A stretch of DNA of 64,000 nucleotides from a bacterium (GTDB lineage: Bacteria > UBA8248 > JACPRG01 > G963555815): positions 4,256,001 to 4,320,000 of the forward strand of contig OZ244653.1 in assembly GCA_965218795.1 (NCBI GenBank). The letters are read 5' to 3'. Position numbers and translations under genes: made by a program. The notes under the pieces were generated by a model that saw nothing but the letters and a program-made list of their open reading frames with translations, was not told the DNA's origin and ran no database searches. Positions 1 through 8,113 of this stretch are shown piece by piece (position 1 is the stretch's first letter; each line of letters begins with the position of its first letter).

Positions 1-555
1 TTCAAGAATAAAAGCTTGTTCTCGACTTATCCCTTCTTTATCTCTCAAAATCAATGATGCTTGGGTGAGCACGCTAATCCAAGAAATATGAAAAAATTTG
101 ACACGATTACTGAGCCTCTTCGGAACTGAATAGGGAACATGTGATGGTAAAGGCACCAGTTGATTTGACAACGTGATCACTGCATCGATCCCGTATTCGC
201 GTGCTATCTCTGCATATCTATGCACTTGCTCTTCGCTTATCTTAGTTTGGTCGATCTTTGCTTCGAGAAGCGCTGTCCACCGGGCCTTACGCGTCAATAG
301 GCTCAAAACACCGTCGGGCCGGTCTTTGCTGCTTCCGTCGGAAGCTACAAATTCGACCTCTGTAGCTGCGTGTAGGTTGGATGTCTTCCCCATCCTTACC
401 CCACAACGCTCCAATAGTTGTTCGGCAAACGGATGCACCACGGACAGTGTCGCAAGAAGAACGGATACTATTCGCTCTTCCTTGCTGGATTCGGCAACGG
501 TAGGGATGAGCCTTGCGCGTTGGGCATCTCTCAAAATGGCGTCGAGAGCACTCAT
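1..555 (-). CDS. PD-(D/E)xK nuclease-like hypothetical protein (partial, runs off left edge; missing from ORF track)
   Basis: Manual translation from ATG 555 (GAGGA upstream) is open for 185 codons to base 1: MSALDAILRDAQRARLIPTVAESSKEERIVSVLLATL...DRPDGVL...WTALLEAKID...EEQVHRYAEIAREYGIDAVITLSNQ. PD...EAK and QxxxY pattern; visibly lower GC than flanking core genes. Confidence 0.75.
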   Translation of the reverse strand, partial: MSALDAILRDAQRARLIPTVAESSKEERIVSVLLATLSVVHPFAEQLLERCGVRMGKTSNLHAATEVEFVASDGSSKDRPDGVLSLLTRKARWTALLEAKIDQTKISEEQVHRYAEIAREYGIDAVITLSNQLVPLPSHVPYSVPKRLSNRVKFFHISWISVLTQASLILRDKEGISREQAFILE

Positions 556-633
556 GATGACTGCATTCCTCTGTTAAGGTCAGAAGAAAATCCACTATAT
601 CAAGGACTTGAGCGATGATCGAGTGTATCAGAC

Positions 634-790
634 TCAAGCTCTGGGGTCGAGCTTCCGTTGAACTGCTCCCGCCACGAGCTCGGCGGCACCGATCAGGGTG
701 GCGTCGTCGAGATGCGCGTAGCGGTTGGTGGTGGTCGTGCGTCGGTGGCCGAGCAGACGTCCCGTAAGGTCGTTACCCCGGTACGACCGC
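634..790 (-). pseudogene. Tyrosine recombinase/phage integrase C-terminal remnant
   Basis: GRLLGHRRTTTTNRYAHLDDATLIGAAE contains the LLGH...TxxY box with catalytic Tyr; the N-terminal part is absent and the frame abuts the palindromic repeat at 791. Confidence 0.8.
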
Positions 791-1176
791 ATGGATTCCT
801 GCTGTCGCCTGTCCCCGAAGGTTTCTATCGGGGGCAGGAATGACCAACGACTCAGACAGTGCGGAATTCCCACACTTTCGTCGAACTCCCCCTGTCCAAC
901 CCTTTTGATTGTCATTCCCGCGCAGGCGGGAATCCAGGATGCAGGGGCGGCGCCCCTACACCCGCCACAAGGACTCCTGCGGAACCTCCCAACCCGTCAT
1001 TTCCGTTGGCCTGCCCCCGAACGTTTCAGTCGGGAAATGGATAATGGATTCCTGCTGCAACCTGTCCCCGAAGGTTTCTATCGGGGGCAGGAATGACCAA
1101 TCGAAGTCGCGTGGAGCCCCGCTCGTCATTCCCGCGAGGCTTGTCCTCGAGTGCTTGAGTCGGGGAGCGGGAAACC
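791..1176. repeat. Cluster of REP-like palindromes (GTCATTCC...GGAATCC type, several with a nested hairpin, plus one GTAG-type)
   Basis: 791-847 and 1044-1100 are direct repeats (54/57 identical). 911-936 GTCATTCCCGCGCAGGCGGGAATCCA, 996-1040 and 1125-1176 are opposite-orientation relatives. 941-959 GCAGGGGCGGCGCCCCTAC is a GTAG-type REP on the minus strand. Confidence 0.85.
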
Positions 1177-1369
1177 GGATTGGCCGGATCATAGCGGTCG
1201 GTGGCGAGTGCTTCCGTCGCGCCCCGCCGATTGACACGGGCGGGAGGCGCTCGCCATGAATCGGTTGAAGTCCGAATTTCAAGGTCTCGATGGATGCCGT
1301 TATGGCTCATTGAGTCATGGGCCGCGGGTTCCCCAGGTCATGAGAGGCGAAGGTCCGAAACGGAAAATG

Positions 1370-1378
1370 TGCTATATT
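1370..1378 (+). promoter_or_regulatory. Candidate extended -10 promoter for the AhpD-like pair
   Basis: TGcTATATT about 97 nt upstream of ATG 1475; no clear -35. Confidence 0.4.
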
Positions 1379-1474
1379 GGAGGCGCTCATTCTCCCATGG
1401 AAGGAGCGCCTTTCGAACGATGTGACCCGTTCTTCTCATGATCGGGAGTGGCGAAACGAAGGGAAAGAACTCTC

Positions 1475-2110
1475 ATGCCGAACATCACAATGCTGGACAT
1501 CGAGGACCTGGAGAGCACAAAGCTCGGGCCTTTTATCAAGAAGAGTCTCAAGCACCGTGCTCCCGACCCGGCTTTTCACGCGATGATGGGCCACAACATC
1601 GAGCTGACCCAGGCGATGTTCATCGCCTGGGGGACCGTCTTCAATACCGGGAAGATCGACCACAAGCTGAAAGAGATCATTCGCGTGCAGTTGTCCCGAA
1701 TGGTCGATTGTAATTACTGAGGCAACGTCCGGTCCGCTTCGGCGAAGCGGCAGGGGCTGACGGAAGAGATCATCGATGAGGGAATTGAAAACTACGAGAA
1801 GAGCGATCGATTCACCGAGGCCGAAAAACTCGCCCTGCGCTACAGCGAGTGGATGGGCGACGACCCGGGAAAGATCGATGCCGCCTTCTACGAAGCGCTG
1901 AGGAAGCATTACACCGAAGAGGAAATCGTCGAGCTGGGGGTCTTCATCGGCTTCAACGTCGGCTACCACACCTTCTTCGGGACCCTCAAATTTTATCCCA
2001 TGTTCGACAAGGAGGGGAACCTGGTCAGTCAGGAGGAGTCCGCACGGGTGTACGGATGTCGGCCCGTTTCGCATCTGAAACAGCCGGAAGAAGCGGCCCC
2101 CGTCGCCTGA
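1475..2110 (+). CDS. AhpD/carboxymuconolactone decarboxylase-like selenoprotein, CxxU motif (C79-N-Y-U82), 211 aa
   Basis: ORFs 1448-1720 and 1853-2110 share a frame and are separated only by TGA 1718-1720. Read-through gives DHKLKEIIRVQLSRMVDCNY-U-GNVRSASAKRQGLTEE...FTEAEKLALRY...LRKHYTEEEIVELG, colinear with the downstream paralogue. SECIS-like hairpin follows the TGA. Confidence 0.85.
1718..1762 (+). promoter_or_regulatory. Bacterial SECIS-like element downstream of in-frame UGA
   Basis: Perfect 7-bp stem CCGCTTC(1734-1740)/GAAGCGG(1744-1750) with GGC loop 20 nt after the UGA; lower stem CGTC(1726-1729)/GACG(1759-1762). Confidence 0.75.
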
Positions 2111-2142
2111 TTTGTCCTGACTTCGCTCGAGGAGTGAGCCTG

Positions 2143-2745
2143 TTGCCTCATATCGATCCCGTCCGCCCGGAGGATGTCCGGGACCCCGGTTTCTCCGAGA
2201 TTCGCAAAACCTGCGAAGAGCTTCAGGTGCCGGATGACCTCTTTCTGGGCATCCTCGGTCACGTGCCCGGATATGCAAAAGCGTTGACGGATGCCATGAT
2301 CGAATCGCATGCGAAGGGGAACGTCGACCACAAGCTGAAGGAGATCATCCGTGTCCGGCTCGCAAGAACGGCCCAGGATACGTATTTCGCCAATCTCCGA
2401 TCGCGCGAGGCGCAGGCCGAAGGTCTGACGGAGGAGAGGGTCGAGGCGGGGTCGGGGGATTTCGAGAACGATACCCGATTCACCGAGGCCGAAAAACTCG
2501 CGCTGCGGTATGCGGACTGGATGTATCGTGGTGACCCGAAGAAGCTGGACGCCGCCTTCTATGACGAGATGAAAAAGCATTTCACCGAAGCGCAGATCAT
2601 GGAACTGGGCTCCTTCATCGCCCTTCATTACGGGATGCAGGTGTTTATGCGCACGCTTCGGGCCTTCCCCGCGCGCGACCGCGAGGGGAACCCGGTCGAT
2701 CAGAACCAATCAGAAAAAATCTACGGCTCCGAAGCCGGGCGGTAA
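2143..2745 (+). CDS. AhpD/CMD-like paralogue lacking the redox motif (DTYF in place of CxxU), about 200 aa
   Basis: GAGGAG RBS 2129-2134, TTG start giving MPHIDPVRPED (cf. MPNITMLDIED); shares DHKLKEIIRV, GLTEE, RFTEAEKLALRY, DAAFY, ELG, EGN with the upstream gene. Confidence 0.85.
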   Translation: MPHIDPVRPEDVRDPGFSEIRKTCEELQVPDDLFLGILGHVPGYAKALTDAMIESHAKGNVDHKLKEIIRVRLARTAQDTYFANLRSREAQAEGLTEERVEAGSGDFENDTRFTEAEKLALRYADWMYRGDPKKLDAAFYDEMKKHFTEAQIMELGSFIALHYGMQVFMRTLRAFPARDREGNPVDQNQSEKIYGSEAGR

Positions 2746-2921
2746 CTGAAGGGCAAGGTCCGGACCGGTTGTCCATCGCCCCCTTGAGGGATGTGTCGAG
2801 GTTTGCGCGGACAATGCGGCCGGCCCGAGAGTTTCCTTGCGCCCGGAGCTGCGTAGAGGCATGAGAGGGGCGACATCGATTGACGCTGGTGACCCAAAGC
2901 AGTGGAGAAGGAGGTCCTCGC

Positions 2922-3524
2922 ATGGCGGAAGAGACAAAAATTCATGTGCCGGGCGGAGAGGGAAGGGCGTTCGAAGCCAAGGCCGGGCAGGTCGTTGCCG
3001 TGGTGAATCTGGAGGGAAAACAGGTCGCGGACTTCTGGGCGTTCAACGCAAAGAATTTCGATGAGCCCCTCGGTGCCAACCATACGGTGGTCCACATTGG
3101 AAGACTGTTCCCCCAAGTGGGGGATGAGCTGCTGACCGATATGCGGAACCCGATCCTGGAAGTGACGCGGGACGATTGCGGACGCCACGACATGATGATC
3201 GCCGCGTGCGACATTCGACGCTATGAAATCTACTACAACGTCTCGGGCCACCGGAACTGCATAGACAACGCCCTGGAGGCCCTCGCCTCCAGGGCGGTCG
3301 AGCGCCGCCAGCTGGCCCAGCCGATCAACCTGTTTCAACACATGGGTTACGGCGACGACGGGAGCCTGGAGTTCCGCGAATCTCTCGCCCAGCCGGGCGA
3401 CCGGATCGTATTCCGGGCCTTGATGGACGTGGTCGGTTGCGTGTCCGCGTGTCCGATGGATCTGAACCCGATCTCCGGAGGCAGGATCACGGATCTGGAA
3501 ATCCTGATCTCGGATTCCGCGTAA
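2922..3524 (+). CDS. DUF1989 / urea-carboxylase-associated family protein
   Basis: AAGGAGG RBS; motifs EGKQVADFWAFN, GRHDMMIAAC, HRNCIDN, PINLF, PGD...RALMD...SACP. Confidence 0.85.
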   Translation: MAEETKIHVPGGEGRAFEAKAGQVVAVVNLEGKQVADFWAFNAKNFDEPLGANHTVVHIGRLFPQVGDELLTDMRNPILEVTRDDCGRHDMMIAACDIRRYEIYYNVSGHRNCIDNALEALASRAVERRQLAQPINLFQHMGYGDDGSLEFRESLAQPGDRIVFRALMDVVGCVSACPMDLNPISGGRITDLEILISDSA

Positions 3525-3549
3525 GGCCGGGAAATGCGCGCCGCCGTGT

Positions 3550-3881
3550 GAGTGCATCTCGCGCCCGCCGTTGACGAGAACCGTCCGACCCGTGATGTAT
3601 GCGGCCTGATCCGAAGCCGGGAACGATACGAGCGACGCGGCGTCTTCGGGCCCGCCGATTCGCTCCAACGTTGTCCGCTTTGCCGCCTTCGCTTGGTACT
3701 CCCCGCACATCGGGCGTCCGTCACCGATACCCGTTGCCGCGGCCCCGGGAGCGGCGCGGACCACCCGAATCTCGGGGGCCGGATGCCGGGCGCTCCACTT
3801 CGTCATCATGACCCGGCCGATCTGCGCGACGTGACAGGGCAGGCTTTGGGGAACCGTGACGAACGCCAACTCGGACCCGAT
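3550..3881 (-). pseudogene. Degenerate C-terminal fragment of an SDR, paralogous to 3919-4665
   Basis: GSELAFVTVPQSLPCHVAQIGRVMMTKW...PEIRV...PGAAATGIGDGR...PEDAASLVSF...ITGRTVLVNGGR aligns with the neighbouring SDR; no Rossmann N-terminus and no stop at the expected place. Confidence 0.75.
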
Positions 3882-3918
3882 GGAACGGTCCGCGGGCGGC
3901 GTCGGGTGAAGCCCCGAG

Positions 3919-4665
3919 TTACCGGCAAATGCGTCCTCCGTTCACCAGGTAGGTTTGACCGGTGATGAAGCCGGCCTCGCCGGAGACCAGGAAGGCAACG
4001 AGGCTTGCGACGTCCTCGGGCTGTCCGAACCGGTCCATCGGGGTCTCGGCTGCAACGGCCTCCTGAACTTCGGGTCTGAGAAACCTGCCGTCGCCGATGC
4101 CCGTCGCGGTCGCTCCGGGACAGACGCAGTTCACGCGAATCTCCGGGCCCAGATCGTGCGCCAGCCATTGGGTCATGGATATTCGCCCGCTTGCCGAGAT
4201 GTGGTAGGGGAGGGTTTGGTATTTCGGTTTGAAGGCCAGCTCCGATCCGGTGATGACGATCACGCCTCCGCCCGCTTGCCGCATTCGCGGAACCGCCTCC
4301 CGCGTGCAGTAGAAATGGCTCTTCAGGTTGACGGCCAGAATCTGGTCCCACAACTCGTCGGTGATGTCCTCCAGCTTTGGAGCGGGGATTGCGATCCCTG
4401 CATTGTTCACCAAGATGGAGAGGGGGCCAAGGGCAGCGTCCACCTCCCGGAAGAGGGATTCCACCTCATCTTTTCGGGAGACATCCCCCCCGACCGCAAC
4501 CGCGCGGACGCCAAGCTCTTCAGCCTTTCGTGCGCCCGCTTCCGCCCGTTGCCGACCCGTCTTGTAGTGAAAGGCCACGTCGTGCCCGTTACGGGCGAGT
4601 TTCAACCCGATGGCCTGGCCGATACCGCCGCTCGCCCCCGTCACCAGGGCGACCTTTCGCTCCAT
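3919..4665 (-). CDS. Short-chain dehydrogenase/reductase (FabG-like fold), atypical active site YxxxA
   Basis: TGASGGIG, NNAG, RVNCVCPG, ITGQ motifs; catalytic helix reads PYHISASG. Confidence 0.9.
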   Translation of the reverse strand: MERKVALVTGASGGIGQAIGLKLARNGHDVAFHYKTGRQRAEAGARKAEELGVRAVAVGGDVSRKDEVESLFREVDAALGPLSILVNNAGIAIPAPKLEDITDELWDQILAVNLKSHFYCTREAVPRMRQAGGGVIVITGSELAFKPKYQTLPYHISASGRISMTQWLAHDLGPEIRVNCVCPGATATGIGDGRFLRPEVQEAVAAETPMDRFGQPEDVASLVAFLVSGEAGFITGQTYLVNGGRICR

Positions 4666-4697
4666 GGTCTCAGTCCTCTGGCGGGATGACGCGTTCG

Positions 4698-4735
4698 AAG
4701 AAAGAAGAAGGGCTCACCACCGGCGGGTGAGCCCT
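4698..4735 (-). terminator. Intrinsic terminator after ftsZ
   Basis: 10-bp stem AGGGCTCACC/GGTGAGCCCT (4709-4735) followed on minus strand by TCTTCTTTCTT. Confidence 0.7.
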
Positions 4736-4773
4736 CTCGATCCTTTTCAGTATGCGTGTCTTCTGCGTCTTCG

Positions 4774-5913
4774 TCAATCGGCCTTGTTGCGGAGGAAGGT
4801 GGGCGTGTCCAGTTCGTCCTCTTCGTAAGCCTGATAGGCGAGGGACCCGCTGGTCGGCAGGTGCACGCCCGATGGGTTCCGCGTACGAATGTGCGTGGGG
4901 ATTTCCAGATCCTGCTGGACCACGGACTTGAGAACCGGCTCGCCGGCCTTCTTCTCGCCGAATCCCGTCGCGATGACGGTCACCCGGACCTCCCCCTGCA
5001 TGCCCTCGTCGAGAACGGCTCCGAACATGATGTTGGCGTCGTCGTGGGACGCATCGTAAATGAGCTGGGCGGCCTCGTGGATTTCGTGAAGGGTGATGTC
5101 CTCGCCGCCGGTGACGTTGAAGAGAATCCCGCGTGCGCCCTCGATGGAAGCCTCCTCCAGGAGCTGACTGGAGATGGCCTGCTGGGTGGCCTCGACGGCC
5201 CGGTTCTCCCCGGTGGCTTCGCCGGTCCCCATCAAGGCCATGCCCATATCGGCCATAATGGTCTTGACGTCGGCGAAGTCCAGGTTGATCAGTCCGGGCT
5301 TGATCACCAGGTTGGAGATCCCCTCCACGGCTTGGCGCAGGACATCATTGGCCAGGGCGAACGCCTCGGCCATCTTGGTGGTGCGCACCACGGCGTTCAT
5401 CAGCCGCTGGTTGGGAATGGTGATGACGGTGTCGCACGCCTCCTTGAGCTCCGCCAAGCCGTCATCAGCCTGCGAAAGGCGCTTCTTGCCTTCAAAGACG
5501 AAAGGTTTGGTCACGACGCCGACTGTCAGCGCGCCGCAATCCCGCGCGATGGACGCGATGACCGGAGCCGCGCCCGTCCCCGTTCCGCCGCCCATGCCGG
5601 CCGTGATGAAGACCATGTCGGTATCCACCATGAGCTCGGAGATTCGTTCGGAGTCCTCCAAGGCGGATTTTCGGCCCACCTCGGGATTGGCGCCGGTTCC
5701 GAGTCCCTTGGTGAGCTTGGCTCCGAGCTGGAGTTTGGTGGATGCGGCGGAATAGTCCAAGGCTTGCAGATCCGTGTTGGCTGCGATGAATTCGACCCCG
5801 TCGACATTGGCTGAGATCATGGCATTGACCGCGTTTCCCCCGGCCCCGCCCACGCCGAAGACCTTCAACCGTGCACCGATGTTTCTTTCTTCGCCTAGTT
5901 CAAACAACATCAT
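4774..5913 (-). CDS. ftsZ: Cell division protein FtsZ
   Basis: [18 protein letters not shown] tubulin signature, INLDFADV, C-terminal LDTPTFLR. Alternative GTG start at 5964. Confidence 0.98.
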   Translation of the reverse strand: MMLFELGEERNIGARLKVFGVGGAGGNAVNAMISANVDGVEFIAANTDLQALDYSAASTKLQLGAKLTKGLGTGANPEVGRKSALEDSERISELMVDTDMVFITAGMGGGTGTGAAPVIASIARDCGALTVGVVTKPFVFEGKKRLSQADDGLAELKEACDTVITIPNQRLMNAVVRTTKMAEAFALANDVLRQAVEGISNLVIKPGLINLDFADVKTIMADMGMALMGTGEATGENRAVEATQQAISSQLLEEASIEGARGILFNVTGGEDITLHEIHEAAQLIYDASHDDANIMFGAVLDEGMQGEVRVTVIATGFGEKKAGEPVLKSVVQQDLEIPTHIRTRNPSGVHLPTSGSLAYQAYEEDELDTPTFLRNKAD

Positions 5914-5960
5914 TGGTTGGCTCCCTGCATTGAGTTTATCTTCTCCACTCTCCTGCGGTT

Positions 5961-7202
5961 TCACTGAAACACCCTTGCCAACACCGATTTCACCTGTTGG
6001 ACGACATCCCCCAGACTTCCAGCGTGACCGTTGCCTCCCTGCCAGGAGGAACGGACCTTCTCGTTGAGACCGTATAAGAGGAGACCGATACCCGTGGCGT
6101 GAATCGGACTCCGCACCATTTGGACCAGGCCGCCGCCGACCCCTTCGGGGATTCCCCGACGGACCGGGATGCCGATGACCTCTTCGGCCGATTCCGGCAT
6201 GCCTTCGAGCAGCGTCGCCCCCCCCGTAATGACAATCCCCGATGCAATCACCTCGTCATATCCGCTCTTTTGGATCTCCCGCCGGACCACGCGGAAAAGC
6301 TCCTCCACGCGCGGCTCGATGATCTCGCACAGAACGCGGCGGGAGAGGATGCGGGGCTCGCGCCCGCCGATGCTGGGCACTTCGATGGTTTCATTCCGGT
6401 CCACGAGGCCCGCCTTGGCGCAGCCATACCGCCGCTTGATCCGCTCCGCCTCCCGCGTCGGCGTCCGGAGACCGACGGCCAGGTCCTTGGTGATGTGATC
6501 GCCTCCTACCGGGATGACCGAGGTATGCTGGATGGAATGGTCGTAAAAAGTGGCCAAGTCCGTCGTTCCACCGCCGATATCCACCAGTGCCACCCCAAGC
6601 TCGCGCTCGTCGTCGGTCAAACAGGCAAAGGATGACGCCAGCTGCTCCAGGATCAGCGATTTCGTCCGCAGGCCCGCTTGCTCCACGCTCCGGGTCAGGT
6701 TCTTGGCGGCCGTCACCGAACCCGTCACGATATGGGCCTTCCCTTCCAGACGTACGCCCGAGATCCCGAGCGGGTCCTGAATCCCGTCCTGGTTGTCCAC
6801 CACATAGCTCTGGGGAAGTACGTGAAGGAGCTGCTGATCCGGGGGCAGGTTGACCGCCTGCGCGGCCTCCAGAACGCGGGCCACGTCATCTTCGCAGACC
6901 TCCGAATTCCGCACCGCCACCGTCCCGTGACTGTTGAAGCTCCGGATGTGTCCCCCGGCGATGCCCACGTACACTTCGCCTACGGGGACATTCGCCATGA
7001 GTTGGGCTTCACCGACGGCGGCGACAATCGAGTCGACGGTCTGCTCGATATTGACGACGACGCCTTTCCGAAGCCCCTGGGAAGGGTGGATCCCCACGCC
7101 CAGGATGTCCAGCAGGCCGTCTTCCCCTCGTTCGGAGATCAGGGCGCACGTCTTGGTCGTCCCGATGTCAAGCGCGACGATGTATTCTCCCTTTCGGCTC
7201 AT
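5961..7202 (-). CDS. ftsA: Cell division protein FtsA
   Basis: [34 protein letters not shown]; directly upstream of ftsZ. Confidence 0.97.
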   Translation of the reverse strand: MSRKGEYIVALDIGTTKTCALISERGEDGLLDILGVGIHPSQGLRKGVVVNIEQTVDSIVAAVGEAQLMANVPVGEVYVGIAGGHIRSFNSHGTVAVRNSEVCEDDVARVLEAAQAVNLPPDQQLLHVLPQSYVVDNQDGIQDPLGISGVRLEGKAHIVTGSVTAAKNLTRSVEQAGLRTKSLILEQLASSFACLTDDERELGVALVDIGGGTTDLATFYDHSIQHTSVIPVGGDHITKDLAVGLRTPTREAERIKRRYGCAKAGLVDRNETIEVPSIGGREPRILSRRVLCEIIEPRVEELFRVVRREIQKSGYDEVIASGIVITGGATLLEGMPESAEEVIGIPVRRGIPEGVGGGLVQMVRSPIHATGIGLLLYGLNEKVRSSWQGGNGHAGSLGDVVQQVKSVLARVFQ

Positions 7203-7228
7203 CTTGATCCCTCTCGCTGGCCGATGGA

Positions 7229-8098
7229 TTATCGAACCACCGCCCGGCTCCCCATGGACAAGTCCACTTCCCCCGGCCACGATTTTCCATTCCAATGCCG
7301 GAACAGGGCCGAAAACCGTCTCAACCCTTCATCTAATTTCCGCGGGTCGAGGCGAAGCCAGACCGACTGCCCCTGCGGGCCCAGAACGTCCATCGAGATC
7401 CTCTGTCGCGCCGGAAAATCCTTCAGACGGACCGCCGCCAACCGGATCTTGCCTTTTCGGTTTGCCGGCCATAGCGTCCGGAAGGTGCTGACGGCGGCCA
7501 GCCCCGCCTGGAGTTGCTCTCCGGACAGGGCCTGACCGATTTTCAGTTTTCGCGACGCCCGTTTCGGCGCGATCTCGCGCAAGACGGGAAATCTTTGCGG
7601 ACCCGCGCCCACTTCGCCCAGAATCACCCCCTCGCCGTCCACGATGTAGCGGATCTTCCCGCCCAGGGGAATGACGGCGGCCGAGGGCCTTCTTTCCACC
7701 ACCTCGACGATCAACGTGTCGGGCAGGTCGCGGGAAAGCGAGGCGGACCGCACCCAGGGGTGGCTCTCGATTTTCTCTCGCAAGACGTCCAGATCGATCG
7801 CCAACAGGTTGTCGGAAGACTTGAGGCCCAAACGAGCCTTCACGACAGACCGCGTCAAGTGGCTGACCCCCGTAACGGTCACGCTTCTCACTCTGAAGTA
7901 AGGCGAAGTGAGCGACCAACGGTAGAAGGCGTCGGTCCCGAAGTAGAGGAGCAGGAGGATGGCCGCATACATGCCCAAGCGAGTCCAACGCCTCCTCCGT
8001 CCGGCAGAGGCATCCTTCCCCAATTCGGCCGTTCGGCCTTTTGTCGCCCGGCGGCTTCGCGGCGGAGCAACCGGAGTCGCCATCACCTGTGTCCCCAT
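7229..8098 (-). CDS. ftsQ: Cell division protein FtsQ/DivIB
   Basis: Single TM followed by POTRA (PWVRSASLSRDLPDTLIVEVVER); position before ftsA. Confidence 0.9.
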   Translation of the reverse strand: MGTQVMATPVAPPRSRRATKGRTAELGKDASAGRRRRWTRLGMYAAILLLLYFGTDAFYRWSLTSPYFRVRSVTVTGVSHLTRSVVKARLGLKSSDNLLAIDLDVLREKIESHPWVRSASLSRDLPDTLIVEVVERRPSAAVIPLGGKIRYIVDGEGVILGEVGAGPQRFPVLREIAPKRASRKLKIGQALSGEQLQAGLAAVSTFRTLWPANRKGKIRLAAVRLKDFPARQRISMDVLGPQGQSVWLRLDPRKLDEGLRRFSALFRHWNGKSWPGEVDLSMGSRAVVR

Positions 8099-8113
8099 TC
8101 CCTTGGGTCTCCT

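Noticed and set aside
287-637. 116-aa minus-strand ORF and 173-577 plus-strand ORF
   Set aside because: Shadows of the real frame starting at 555, which carries recognisable motifs and an RBS.
791-1100. 57-bp direct repeats as a CRISPR array or att sites
   Set aside because: Only two near-identical copies about 250 bp apart, related copies in both orientations, no regular spacers and no cas genes; they fit REP-like palindromes.
1849-2142. N-terminal 98 aa of ORF 1849-2745
   Set aside because: Overlaps the Sec gene out of frame; RBS and paralogue alignment place the start at 2143.
2746-2921. Guanidine riboswitch upstream of DUF1989
   Set aside because: I could not find ykkC-type or paired ACGR-loop motifs by eye; an Rfam scan would be decisive.
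2721-3869. 382-aa minus-strand ORF
   Set aside because: SDR remnant that has lost its stop and reads on antisense through the DUF1989 gene.
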